Positions 17,304 through 25,779 of a stretch of 64,000 nucleotides of DNA are shown piece by piece. The translations under genes and the position numbers were made by a program. Each line of letters opens with the position of its first letter. Positions within the stretch are counted from its first letter, which is position 1. The notes under the pieces were generated by a model. That model saw only the letters and a program-made list of their open reading frames with translations. It had not been told where the DNA came from and searched no databases. The stretch spans positions 25,472 through 89,471 of the forward strand of contig CAZBJL010000002.1 of assembly GCA_964492195.1 (NCBI GenBank), read 5' to 3'. Source of the DNA: an uncultured Candidatus Saccharibacteria bacterium. GTDB taxonomy: Bacteria; Patescibacteriota; Minisyncoccia; Phycocordibacterales; DATGWK01.

Positions 17304-19734
17304 AAAAACAAAAAAAAGACTCGTTTTGCTCGACTCGCACGCGATCATTCATCGGGCGTATCATGCGTTGCCAGAGTTTGCGTCTTCGAAAGGGGAGCCA
17401 ACGGGAGCGATCTACGGTCTCGTTTCGATGCTCATAAAAATAATCACGGATCTTTCTCCGGATTACATTGTTGCGGCGTACGATGTCCCATCACCGACAC
17501 ATCGACACGACGTGTACGAAGGATACAAAGCAACGCGAAAGAAAATCGACGATGCACTTATTGCTCAACTCATTCGTTCGAAAGATGTCTTTACGGCTTT
17601 GAATATTCCGATGTATGAAATCAAAGGTTTCGAAGCCGACGATATTTTGGGTACGATTGTTGAAAAACTAAAAACTGACAAAGACACTGAAATCATCATT
17701 GCCTCTGGTGACATGGACACGTTCCAACTTATTTCTGGAAAAAAAGTTCGCGTGTACACATTGCGCAAAGGTTTGACTGACACGATTACATATGACGAAG
17801 ATGCTGTGAAAGCACGTTTTGGTTTTGGTCCGGAACTTTTGCCTGACTACAAAGGTCTTCGTGGTGATCCTTCCGACAACATCATTGGTGTTCCAGGAAT
17901 TGGCGAAAAGACAGCGACAGTGTTGATTCAAAAATTCGGCACGATCGAACACATGTACGAAAAAATAAAAGCTGGTGAAAATATTGTTGACGGAGCGATT
18001 AAAGAAAGAACCGTTGAACTTCTAAAAACCAACGAAGACGAAGCTCGATTTTCCAAAATGCTCGCAACCATTCGTCTCGACGCACCGGTTGAATTTGTAT
18101 TGCCGGAAAAACACTGGCGCGAGGCGATCGAAATAGAAAAAGTAAAAAAACTTTTTAGCGAACTCGAATTCAGGTCTCTTCTTGATCGTTTGCAGAGTGT
18201 AATGAACGGTGCAGGTAAAAAAGAAACCCAACAACCAACCGAGCATAAAAAAATACCAACGAGTAAAAAAACCACTGATGCAGGGAAGGGGACGCTTACG
18301 CTTGGTGGTGAGGTTGCGGATTTACCCGCCGGTGTTACCCAGGAAGACGTCGACACCGTTGCGCTCGCACTCTGGGTTGTCGATTCTAATATTTCAAATC
18401 CTGGCATTGCGGAGATTTTAAACTACGCGAACACAGATTCTTTTGAAATTGCTAAAGAAAAAATTTATACAAAGCTGAAAGAAGGAAGAACAGAAGAGGT
18501 CTATGAAAAAATCGAATTGCCACTTCGTCCGATTGTTAAAAAGATGGAAGTGCGTGGTGTAAAAATTGATACCGACTATTTAAAAAAGCTTTCTGTTGAA
18601 TATCACACCGAGCTCGACAAGCTCCAGAAAAAAATCTGGGAATATGCTGGCGAGGAATTCAACATCAATTCACCAAAACAGATGGGCGAAATTCTTTTCG
18701 GAAAAATCCTCCTTCAAACAAAAGGTAAAAAAACAGCAAGTGGAAACCGATCTACAAAAGAATCTGAACTCGAAAAAGTTCGCGACGCTCACCCAATCGT
18801 GCCGCTTATCCTCGAATACCGCGAACTCCAAAAGCTTCTTTCAACATACATAGACAGCATTCCGGAAAAAGTTGCACCAGACGGCAGGCTCCATGCAAAA
18901 TTTATTCAGACGGGGGCAGTAACTGGTCGACTTTCTTCTCAAGATCCAAACCTTCAAAACATTCCGATCAAAAGTGAACTCGGTCAGCGAATTCGCAACG
19001 CGTTTACATCTGAAAAAGGGTTCGAGCTTGTTGCGTTTGATTATTCGCAGATCGAGCTTCGCATTGCCGCATTCATGTCTGGCGAACAAAAGCTTATCGA
19101 TATTTTCAAAAGCGGGGGAGATGTTCACACAGGTGTCGCATCTTTTGTGTTTAACGTACCGCCAGAAAAAGTCGACAAAGAAATGCGCCGCCGAGCAAAG
19201 GTTATTAATTTCGGAATTCTCTACGGTATGGGCGTGAACGCACTTCGAACAAACCTCGGAACAGACAAAGACGAAGCAAAACGTTTCCACGAAGAATATT
19301 TTAAAAATTTCAACACGTTGGCGGCATATCTCGAGCAAACTAAATACGAAGCGGGAAAAACTGGCTTCACAGAAACATTTTTTGGCCGACGACGACATTT
19401 TCCAGGTCTTCGTTCCAAACTTCCGTTTATTCGTGCATCGAGCGAACGCATGGCGATAAACGCGCCACTTCAAGGAACAAGTGCCGATATCATCAAGCTT
19501 GCGATGATCAGAGTGAATGAATATATTGAAAAAGAAAAACTCGAAGACAGTGTTTCTCTTATCCTCACAATTCACGATGAATTGGTCTATGAAATTAAAA
19601 AAGAAATCGTTGCAGACGTTCGCCAGAAAATAGTTGAAACTATGGAAAGCATCATTTTGCCTGCAGAAATAAAAGGTGTGCCGCTCGTTGTTTCAAGCGC
19701 CGTTGGAAAAAACTGGGGCGAGATGAAGAAATAA
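17296..19734 (+). CDS. polA: DNA polymerase I (5'-3' exonuclease + polymerase; no obvious 3'-5' exo domain)
   Basis: FEN-like N-terminus (LLDSHAIIHRAYHA), pol motif A (DYSQIELRI), motif B (RRRAKVINFGILYG), motif C (HDELVYE); 812 aa. Confidence 0.9.
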   Translation: MSEKTKKRLVLLDSHAIIHRAYHALPEFASSKGEPTGAIYGLVSMLIKIITDLSPDYIVAAYDVPSPTHRHDVYEGYKATRKKIDDALIAQLIRSKDVFTALNIPMYEIKGFEADDILGTIVEKLKTDKDTEIIIASGDMDTFQLISGKKVRVYTLRKGLTDTITYDEDAVKARFGFGPELLPDYKGLRGDPSDNIIGVPGIGEKTATVLIQKFGTIEHMYEKIKAGENIVDGAIKERTVELLKTNEDEARFSKMLATIRLDAPVEFVLPEKHWREAIEIEKVKKLFSELEFRSLLDRLQSVMNGAGKKETQQPTEHKKIPTSKKTTDAGKGTLTLGGEVADLPAGVTQEDVDTVALALWVVDSNISNPGIAEILNYANTDSFEIAKEKIYTKLKEGRTEEVYEKIELPLRPIVKKMEVRGVKIDTDYLKKLSVEYHTELDKLQKKIWEYAGEEFNINSPKQMGEILFGKILLQTKGKKTASGNRSTKESELEKVRDAHPIVPLILEYRELQKLLSTYIDSIPEKVAPDGRLHAKFIQTGAVTGRLSSQDPNLQNIPIKSELGQRIRNAFTSEKGFELVAFDYSQIELRIAAFMSGEQKLIDIFKSGGDVHTGVASFVFNVPPEKVDKEMRRRAKVINFGILYGMGVNALRTNLGTDKDEAKRFHEEYFKNFNTLAAYLEQTKYEAGKTGFTETFFGRRRHFPGLRSKLPFIRASSERMAINAPLQGTSADIIKLAMIRVNEYIEKEKLEDSVSLILTIHDELVYEIKKEIVADVRQKIVETMESIILPAEIKGVPLVVSSAVGKNWGEMKK

Positions 19735-19735
19735 T

Positions 19736-20452
19736 ATGATTTATTTTGTTACAGGCGATGGTCGCGAAAAAGTCCAAAAAACTACACATGGACTTGTTGA
19801 AGCATTGCAGAAAAAGCGTCCCGACGCGCTCGTCTTTCGAATTGGGGAAGGTGAATGGGACAAAGACACCTTCAACGGTATCGCATCTGGGCAGGGCCTT
19901 TTTGAGAAAAAATATATTATCGTTCTTGATTCTGTTTTTCAAAACGAAGACGCGGCAGAGTACCTAAAAAGTATTCTTGGAGATTTACGTTCGGCTGAAC
20001 ACGCATTTGTAATTTCCGAACACGCACCAAAAGCTCCGATCAAAAATGCAATAAAGAAATTTTCAGAAAAAGTATGGGAAGTTGCAGAAGCCGAAAAAAT
20101 TTCCAAAAAAGAATTTAATATTTTTTCATTAACAGACGCATTGGGCGAGCGAAACAAAAGCCGACTCTGGACGCTTTACCAGAAGGCGATTATGGATGGA
20201 TCCGAACCAGAAGAAATTCACGGCATTTTATTTTGGCAGGTAAAAAGTCTCCTTGCTGCGGCACAAAGCAAGGATGCAGCGGAAGCTGGGCTTAAGCCAT
20301 TTGTGTGGGGGAAAGCGCGAGGATTTTTAAATAATTATTCGCTCGATGAACTCAAAAAGATATCGAGTAACATGGTGAGTTTGTATCACAACTCGAGACT
20401 CGAAAGTGTGCCACTCGAAGTTTCACTCGAGGAGTTTGTGTTAAGTATTTAA
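19736..20452 (+). CDS. DNA polymerase III delta subunit-like (HolA-like)
   Basis: Translationally coupled to polA; N-terminal Rossmann-like segment (KYIIVLD) and helical middle (FSLTDALGERNKSRLWTLYQ) resemble HolA; weak. Confidence 0.4.
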   Translation: MIYFVTGDGREKVQKTTHGLVEALQKKRPDALVFRIGEGEWDKDTFNGIASGQGLFEKKYIIVLDSVFQNEDAAEYLKSILGDLRSAEHAFVISEHAPKAPIKNAIKKFSEKVWEVAEAEKISKKEFNIFSLTDALGERNKSRLWTLYQKAIMDGSEPEEIHGILFWQVKSLLAAAQSKDAAEAGLKPFVWGKARGFLNNYSLDELKKISSNMVSLYHNSRLESVPLEVSLEEFVLSI

Positions 20453-20470
20453 AATCTGAACTTCTTAGAT

Positions 20471-20499
20471 TTGTAAGTTTATTTCTAATCCGTTACAAT
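20471..20499 (+). promoter_or_regulatory. sigma70-like promoter TTGTAA-17-TACAAT
   Basis: Near-consensus hexamers with 17-nt spacer upstream of the GC-rich orphan locus. Confidence 0.45.
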
Positions 20500-20575
20500 T
20501 TCGCAGGAAATAGGGTGTCTGGCGCGTGCCGGGTATTTCCTTACATGGCTCTTTAAAAGAAGGATGAGGTGAACA

Positions 20576-21121
20576 GTGAGTGCAATCTCTACTGTGGAGT
20601 CTGGGCCAAGAGCCGTTCAGTCACTCGGTTGTTTGAGGCAGGTCACGGGTGCAGAGAGGGTGGTCATTCCAGCTTTTCGGAGCACACGAACAATCGCAAG
20701 TGCGTTTCCGGAAGTTTTCAGTTTTGTGGCGAATGATTTTTTGCGTCCTGACGTGAACATTCCGCTCGAGGTGAATTCTCTCGACACGTCTGTTCGGGTC
20801 TGTGAACCATTTCGTGAGTGCTCGTTCGAAGAGATGTTCGGTGATTTCAACCCCGCGAGATACGATGAACTCTGCCTTTCGCAGGCGCACATCGTCAATT
20901 TTTTCCTTATTCCTGGTGTCGAACAGTTGTTGGCCAAGGTGGAGCCCATCACGTTGTTCCTTTTGAAGGTGGAAGACAGCTTCTCGGTTGTGAAGGTGTG
21001 TACACTTCCGAGTCGCAAACAGGAGGCGTCGATGTATCCACTCTCGCTTCTTCGCAACTGGAAGAGGATCACACAGATTCGAGTCGTCGTTCCGTGCTCG
21101 TTGTCGCCAGTTCCGACTTGA
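20576..21121 (+). CDS. hypothetical protein (GTG start), GC-rich orphan; coding status uncertain
   Basis: 181-codon ORF with gaggtg SD-like 5 nt upstream of GTG, bounded by promoter and terminator on + strand; local GC about 52%; a 206-aa antisense ORF also open. Confidence 0.35.
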   Translation: MSAISTVESGPRAVQSLGCLRQVTGAERVVIPAFRSTRTIASAFPEVFSFVANDFLRPDVNIPLEVNSLDTSVRVCEPFRECSFEEMFGDFNPARYDELCLSQAHIVNFFLIPGVEQLLAKVEPITLFLLKVEDSFSVVKVCTLPSRKQEASMYPLSLLRNWKRITQIRVVVPCSLSPVPT

Positions 21122-21130
21122 TCGTTTAAA

Positions 21131-21158
21131 CCCCCAGACATGTTCTGGGGGTTTTTGT
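21131..21158 (+). terminator. rho-independent terminator
   Basis: cccccagacatgttctggggg + ttttt. Confidence 0.55.
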
Positions 21159-21247
21159 TATGCCGGATTCTATTTTTAGAGTAATATGGCCTAGGAAAAA
21201 TGAATAGCTGTGTGCTGTTCGTGTCGATCTTTAACAAGGAGAATGAG

Positions 21248-22336
21248 ATGCGTTTTCTACTATCGCTGTTTGTTGTTTTGTCTTTCGTTATTCAACCAGC
21301 TTCAGCTCAAAGGTATACGGTGACCGATTTGGGAACACTCGGGGGTGGTTCTAGTCGAGCTACTGGAATCAATAATTATGGGCAGGTTGTTGGGTGGGCG
21401 AATACACCCAATGGATTTCAGCGGGCGTTTTTGTACACGAACGGTTCAATGCAGAATCTTTCACTCGGCGGCGCATCCAGTGTTGCTAATGGAATTAATG
21501 ATAATGGACAAGTTGTCGGACAGTCCGAATATGTTAATGGTTTTGGTATTAAACACGCTTTCCTGTACTCTTCCTCAAATGGTGCAATGCTTGATTTATT
21601 TGCTTCATCTGGCAATTTAATTAACGGTTACAGTAGTGCTGAAGCGATCAATAATAATGGGGAAATAGTCGGGTGGCATTTTCGAGGTGTTGAAGTTCAT
21701 CAAGCCTTCAAATATTCGGCTGGGGTTTTGCATGACCTAGTAACTCTTACGGGCTCTGGTCCAGGTTTTAATGGAAGTAAGGGGATCAACGATGTTGGTG
21801 AGGTTGTGGGCTATAGCTGGGCCAGTGTCGATCCAATTGTCAGCCACGCATTTCTTCATGTTGATGGAGCGGCGCGTGATTTGGGAACCCTCGGTGGTTC
21901 CTTTAGTATTGCTGTAGGAATTAATCTCACCCGACAAATAGTTGGGTGGTCTAACACTACAAATAACGTCTCTACTCATGCGACGCTCTGGCAAAATGAT
22001 ATGGTACGAGATCTGGGAACTCTTGGAGGGGATTATAGTTACGCAAACTCAATTAATGTAGGTGGGCAGGTGGTAGGTAGTTCTTCAAGAGCTGATGCGA
22101 CCTATCGAGCTTTTGTGTATCTAGATGATCAAATACAAGACCTGAATGATCTGATTGACCCTAATCTGGGTTGGACTCTGCTCGATGCAACTTCTATAAA
22201 CAACTCCGGTCAAATTGTTGGTTATGGAACAAATTCATTGGGTCAAGAACATGCGTTTCTACTCAATCCTGTTCCGGAACCAGCGACCTTGTTGTTCGTT
22301 ACGTTCCCTCTTCTTATTTTTCGGCGTCAACGATAA
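21248..22336 (+). CDS. HAF-repeat extracellular protein with PEP-CTERM-like sorting tail
   Basis: Signal peptide; at least 6 repeats of G.N..GQVVG.......HAFL..G.M.DLGTLGG; C-terminal VPEPATLLFVTFPLLIFRRQR (PEP motif, TM, Arg cluster); SD aaggaga before ATG. Confidence 0.6.
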   Translation: MRFLLSLFVVLSFVIQPASAQRYTVTDLGTLGGGSSRATGINNYGQVVGWANTPNGFQRAFLYTNGSMQNLSLGGASSVANGINDNGQVVGQSEYVNGFGIKHAFLYSSSNGAMLDLFASSGNLINGYSSAEAINNNGEIVGWHFRGVEVHQAFKYSAGVLHDLVTLTGSGPGFNGSKGINDVGEVVGYSWASVDPIVSHAFLHVDGAARDLGTLGGSFSIAVGINLTRQIVGWSNTTNNVSTHATLWQNDMVRDLGTLGGDYSYANSINVGGQVVGSSSRADATYRAFVYLDDQIQDLNDLIDPNLGWTLLDATSINNSGQIVGYGTNSLGQEHAFLLNPVPEPATLLFVTFPLLIFRRQR

Positions 22337-22362
22337 TTGTTCTGTGTGTAAAAATAAACTAA

Positions 22363-22392
22363 CCCGGCGATTACATCGCCGGGTTTTTTTCT
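22363..22392 (+). terminator. rho-independent terminator
   Basis: cccggcgattacatcgccggg + ttttttt. Confidence 0.5.
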
Positions 22393-22473
22393 TTACTAAA
22401 TTTTTAATAGTAGTTTTTACCTCGTGTCGTCACGGATAATTTCCTCGCCGACGCCCTGGATTTTTCTTGCTTG

Positions 22474-22546
22474 TCCGCCCAGCAGGATTCGAACCTGCGA
22501 CCAAGTGCTTAAAAGGCACCTGCTCTACCAACTGAGCTATAGGCGG
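22474..22546 (-). tRNA. tRNA-Lys (anticodon TTT)
   Basis: Hand-folded cloverleaf: acceptor CCGCCTA/TGGGCGG, D arm GCTCAGTTGGTAGAGC, anticodon loop CTTTTAA, T arm GCAGGTTCGAATCCTGC. Confidence 0.75.
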
Positions 22547-22580
22547 ATATTTTGTGGTTTTGTGCGCAATTCCTCCTGTA

Positions 22581-22605
22581 ACTACCAAAACAGCTATAGG
22601 CGGAT
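22581..22605 (-). pseudogene. partial tRNA copy (5' acceptor + D-arm-like fragment)
   Basis: aactaccaaaacagctataggcggat matches 21/24 nt to the tRNA-Lys 5' third located 35 nt away; no T arm follows. Confidence 0.4.
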
Positions 22606-22687
22606 TGTTCATGTCTACACCTTGTAGACGCTCCGAAAATATAACGGAATAAAGGCGAAAAGTAAAACGCTACTCACTGCGGTCGAT

Positions 22688-23092
22688 TTACAACGGCAAA
22701 TCAATTGCGAGCGAACCTGCTCCGAGGAAAAGGAGAGAAAGTCCGATTACTGTTACCAAAACAGCAAGCCAAAGTTCCTGAAAGGGAATTGTGGTGCCGT
22801 TCGTGCGTTTTTTAAACCATTCGACCCACACAAAAAGGAGAGCGAGAATGCCTGCGACTTGGGTAAAAAGACCAACAAATAAAAGTACGCCGATTATAAT
22901 CTGAATTTTTGCGAGAATGGCAGCGACGGTGTACGTGCCGAGTTTTTTATTTACCCAGAGCGCATTCCATCCCATGCTGTCTTCTTTGTGACGGCGGATG
23001 CCCTGCAAAACAAAAAAACTACCGAGCGCTATTCGTAAAACGAAAGGGGCGATGAGGGAATAGGTGAATAAATCTGGAAAAATTGAAAGCAT
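22688..23092 (-). CDS. DoxX-family membrane protein
   Basis: 134 aa, four TM helices, DoxX-like N-terminus (LIAPFVLRIALGSFFVLQG). Confidence 0.55.
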   Translation of the reverse strand: MLSIFPDLFTYSLIAPFVLRIALGSFFVLQGIRRHKEDSMGWNALWVNKKLGTYTVAAILAKIQIIIGVLLFVGLFTQVAGILALLFVWVEWFKKRTNGTTIPFQELWLAVLVTVIGLSLLFLGAGSLAIDLPL

Positions 23093-23135
23093 GGAAAGAG
23101 TATATCATTTTCCTTTAAGAGTGTACTATGCCCGT

Positions 23136-23615
23136 ATGAAAAAGAGTCAGCCAGCGAGAATAATCCTCCACGACATCCGAAGTTCCCACAATGTGGGGTC
23201 TATTTTCCGTACGGCGGATGCGTTAGGCATTGAGAAAGCATACCTCACTGGTTTTACGCCGGCGCCACAGGATCAGTTTGGTCGGGACAATAAAGAGATC
23301 ATAAAAGTTGCACTGGGCGGAGAAAAGTCAGTTGCATGGGAAGCAGTAAAAAATATTGGCACAGTTATTAAAAAATTAAAAGCAGAAGGGTTTAGAATTG
23401 TCGCAGTTGAACAGCATGCGCGGTCAGTGGATTATAAAAAGTACAAAATATCTAAACCGACTGTATTTATTTTTGGAAATGAAGTTAATGGCGTGCCAGA
23501 AAAAGTTATTTCACTTTGTGACGATGTGCTTTGTATTGATATGAAAGGGAAGAAGGAGTCGCTTAATGTTTCGGTGGCGTTTGGAATTGCTCTCTCGAGA
23601 ATTTTGAATTTATAA
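23136..23615 (+). CDS. SpoU/TrmH-family RNA 2'-O-methyltransferase
   Basis: SPOUT motifs (NVGSIFRTADALG; FIFGNEVNGV; LNVSVAFGIAL); start placed at MKKSQPA to avoid overlap with the doxX ORF. Confidence 0.7.
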   Translation: MKKSQPARIILHDIRSSHNVGSIFRTADALGIEKAYLTGFTPAPQDQFGRDNKEIIKVALGGEKSVAWEAVKNIGTVIKKLKAEGFRIVAVEQHARSVDYKKYKISKPTVFIFGNEVNGVPEKVISLCDDVLCIDMKGKKESLNVSVAFGIALSRILNL

Positions 23616-23617
23616 TT

Positions 23618-24562
23618 TTAATATGTGTACGTATCAACCACTAACCCTGCATTGTCGAGGAGTTGGATGTTGTCTCTTTTGCTAAGCCAGAGAAGTTTTG
23701 TGTGGCCTGCATAAAATCTCCATTCGTGGGTCAAAAAATCTCTGTCGTATTGATGATTCGCAACACAGCTTCCGTAATTTACTTGGGTTTCGAGAAAATC
23801 TTCACACGAACGACTTAAATCTTCAGGAAAATCGTTGTCATCGGGAATTTTGCATCGAGGAAGATTGTCGATGTAATCGAGGCATTCATTATCTATTGTA
23901 TTTGAAAGTGCGGGAGCGTCTTCACTCACTTCTGGACAAGAACTTTGTAGCGCAGGACGAAAGTTTCGTATTTCTTGGAGATAGCCAGCGCATTTATTTA
24001 TTCGAAATGAAATACCAATTGGAGAACGACCTTGCTGAACGATTATCTGTGAATTTCCCGCGACAACGATCGATCTTTCTATTTGAGAATTTACACCAGG
24101 AATATTTACTGCATTACCGATCACAATCTCACTTCCTGTAACGGTGCTTCGCAATCTCCAGCCAGAAAGCAAAAGTTCTTCGCCATCGTTGAAGTTTGTG
24201 TCTAAAACAATGTATTCATTCAACGAACCAGCCTCATTTACTTCAGAAATTGCTACTTTGTATTTGTACGGCGAATCATATCGATTTTCTACATATTTTT
24301 GAACGTCTCTTGAGAGAATAGAAACCTGCTGTGAAATGTCTTCGACTTGCTGTGCGGTGTCGGCTCTGCTTTGGCTGGAAGAATTGTCGTTGATCGGCAC
24401 AATGAAGCCGTTTTCGTCTGTGTAGTGACCGAGGCCACTGTTTGTTTGATACACCGCAGTACTCGTCGCATAATATCCGGTGCCAAAAATCTTGCCGCCG
24501 GTGATGACACCGAGAACAATGAAAAAAATAATTATTAAAATTCCGAGAGTGTCGCTACTCAT
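23618..24562 (-). CDS. membrane-anchored protein with lamin-tail-domain (LTD)-like segment
   Basis: N-terminal TM; ISEVNEAGSLNEYIVLDTNFNDGEELLLSGWRLRS resembles the LTD core; Cys-rich C-terminus. Confidence 0.45.
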   Translation of the reverse strand: MSSDTLGILIIIFFIVLGVITGGKIFGTGYYATSTAVYQTNSGLGHYTDENGFIVPINDNSSSQSRADTAQQVEDISQQVSILSRDVQKYVENRYDSPYKYKVAISEVNEAGSLNEYIVLDTNFNDGEELLLSGWRLRSTVTGSEIVIGNAVNIPGVNSQIERSIVVAGNSQIIVQQGRSPIGISFRINKCAGYLQEIRNFRPALQSSCPEVSEDAPALSNTIDNECLDYIDNLPRCKIPDDNDFPEDLSRSCEDFLETQVNYGSCVANHQYDRDFLTHEWRFYAGHTKLLWLSKRDNIQLLDNAGLVVDTYTY

Positions 24563-25509
24563 TTATTTTTGCGAGATTTTTTAACAGCATCTGTTTTGAA
24601 AAGTGTTTGATGCTTTGGGCAAAAATGGGCACTTCTGCCGCCGATCTTCGCTCTTGCAATTATGCCTCCACAGCTCTTCCGAAAGCAAATCTCGCCAGTG
24701 TGTCTGTATGCATGATGTTTGTTTTGAAATTCGCCAGGAGTTCCTTCGATGTTTCTGTAATCAGAATCCGAATCACCGCCAAAATTTATTCCTTTTTCTA
24801 AAACTAATTTCATTTCTTTAAAAAGTGATTTCAGAAATGGTTCCGGAACATCAGCCGGAGCCGAAAGGGGATGAATGCCTGCTGTCCAGAGCATTTCATC
24901 GGAATAAATATTACCGATGCCGGCGATCACGTGTTGGTCCATGAGAACTGATTTTATCGGAGCGTGAGGTCTCTCAAGGATTCGCACTTTAAATTTTTCA
25001 AATGAGAAATCTTTTTCTAATGGTTCTGGGCCAAGAACAGAAATATCTGGCAACATGCTAAGTTCTTTTGTCGGAAAAATAAAAACTTTCCCGAACTTTC
25101 TTAAATCCGAAAAAACTAAATGTTTTTTATCCGACAGTGTAAATACAAGCCTGATGTATTGGTTAAACGGATCTCGAAGCGGACCATCGTTCTTCGCATG
25201 CCATTCATTTTTATGTGTATCGAATGTGTAAGAACCGTAGAGCAAATGCCCGGTCATCTTCATGTGAACGAGAATAGTGTGATGGTTTGAAAGATGAATG
25301 AGAATGTTTTTGCCTCGACGTTTGGCCTCAAGGAACTTCGCACCAGAAACCGCTTCGCGAAAATTTTTAAAATAATGAACGTTTTTTATATTTGATTTTC
25401 CTTTATGAAATGGACTGTTGTAGCTCGACCATACATCAGTGATGGTTTTGTTTTTGAGTTTTTGGTTGAGGCCCGTGACAGTTGTGTGGACTTCTGGGAG
25501 TTCTGGCAT
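24559..25509 (-). CDS. mutM: formamidopyrimidine-DNA glycosylase / Nei-family (Fpg/MutM)
   Basis: N-terminal MPELPEV, H2TH region, C-terminal zinc finger CFRKSCGG...CPKHQ. Confidence 0.85.
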   Translation of the reverse strand: MPELPEVHTTVTGLNQKLKNKTITDVWSSYNSPFHKGKSNIKNVHYFKNFREAVSGAKFLEAKRRGKNILIHLSNHHTILVHMKMTGHLLYGSYTFDTHKNEWHAKNDGPLRDPFNQYIRLVFTLSDKKHLVFSDLRKFGKVFIFPTKELSMLPDISVLGPEPLEKDFSFEKFKVRILERPHAPIKSVLMDQHVIAGIGNIYSDEMLWTAGIHPLSAPADVPEPFLKSLFKEMKLVLEKGINFGGDSDSDYRNIEGTPGEFQNKHHAYRHTGEICFRKSCGGIIARAKIGGRSAHFCPKHQTLFKTDAVKKSRKNK

Positions 25510-25629
25510 GCGGTAAATGTAGCTTCAAGTAGATATAAAGTAAATATTCAGATAATTCATTGACCTTCCTGGCTCCGCATGACAGTCTTAAAAGAGAAAC
25601 GTGTAAAAATATTTTTGAGAGGAACCACA

Positions 25630-25740
25630 ATGAATGAACGCTATTGGTATAACGGTCGAGTCGCTGGGATCATGTACGGCTTCGTCGTTTTCGGAAGTAT
25701 TATCGCTCTCGTTATCCTTTGTATTGTAAAAGCAACATGA
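25630..25740 (+). CDS. small membrane protein (36 aa), hypothetical
   Basis: Hand-translated MNERYWYNGRVAGIMYGFVVFGSIIALVILCIVKAT; gagagg SD-like; own terminator. Confidence 0.3.
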   Translation: MNERYWYNGRVAGIMYGFVVFGSIIALVILCIVKAT

Positions 25741-25746
25741 CCTCGT

Positions 25747-25779
25747 ACCGCTATGCATCTGTGTAGCGGTTTTTATTTT
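25747..25779. terminator. bidirectional terminator
   Basis: accgctatgcatctgtgtagcggt + tttttatttt; overlaps stop of convergent murE-like gene. Confidence 0.5.

Noticed and set aside
20617-21237. 206-aa minus-strand ORF in the GC-rich locus
   Set aside because: S/T/N/R-rich antisense-type composition; promoter and terminator signals are on the + strand. Kept only as evidence that both strands are open.
22430-22612. 60-aa ORF on minus strand
   Set aside because: It is the translation of tRNA-Lys and its partial copy (typical tRNA-derived pseudo-ORF).
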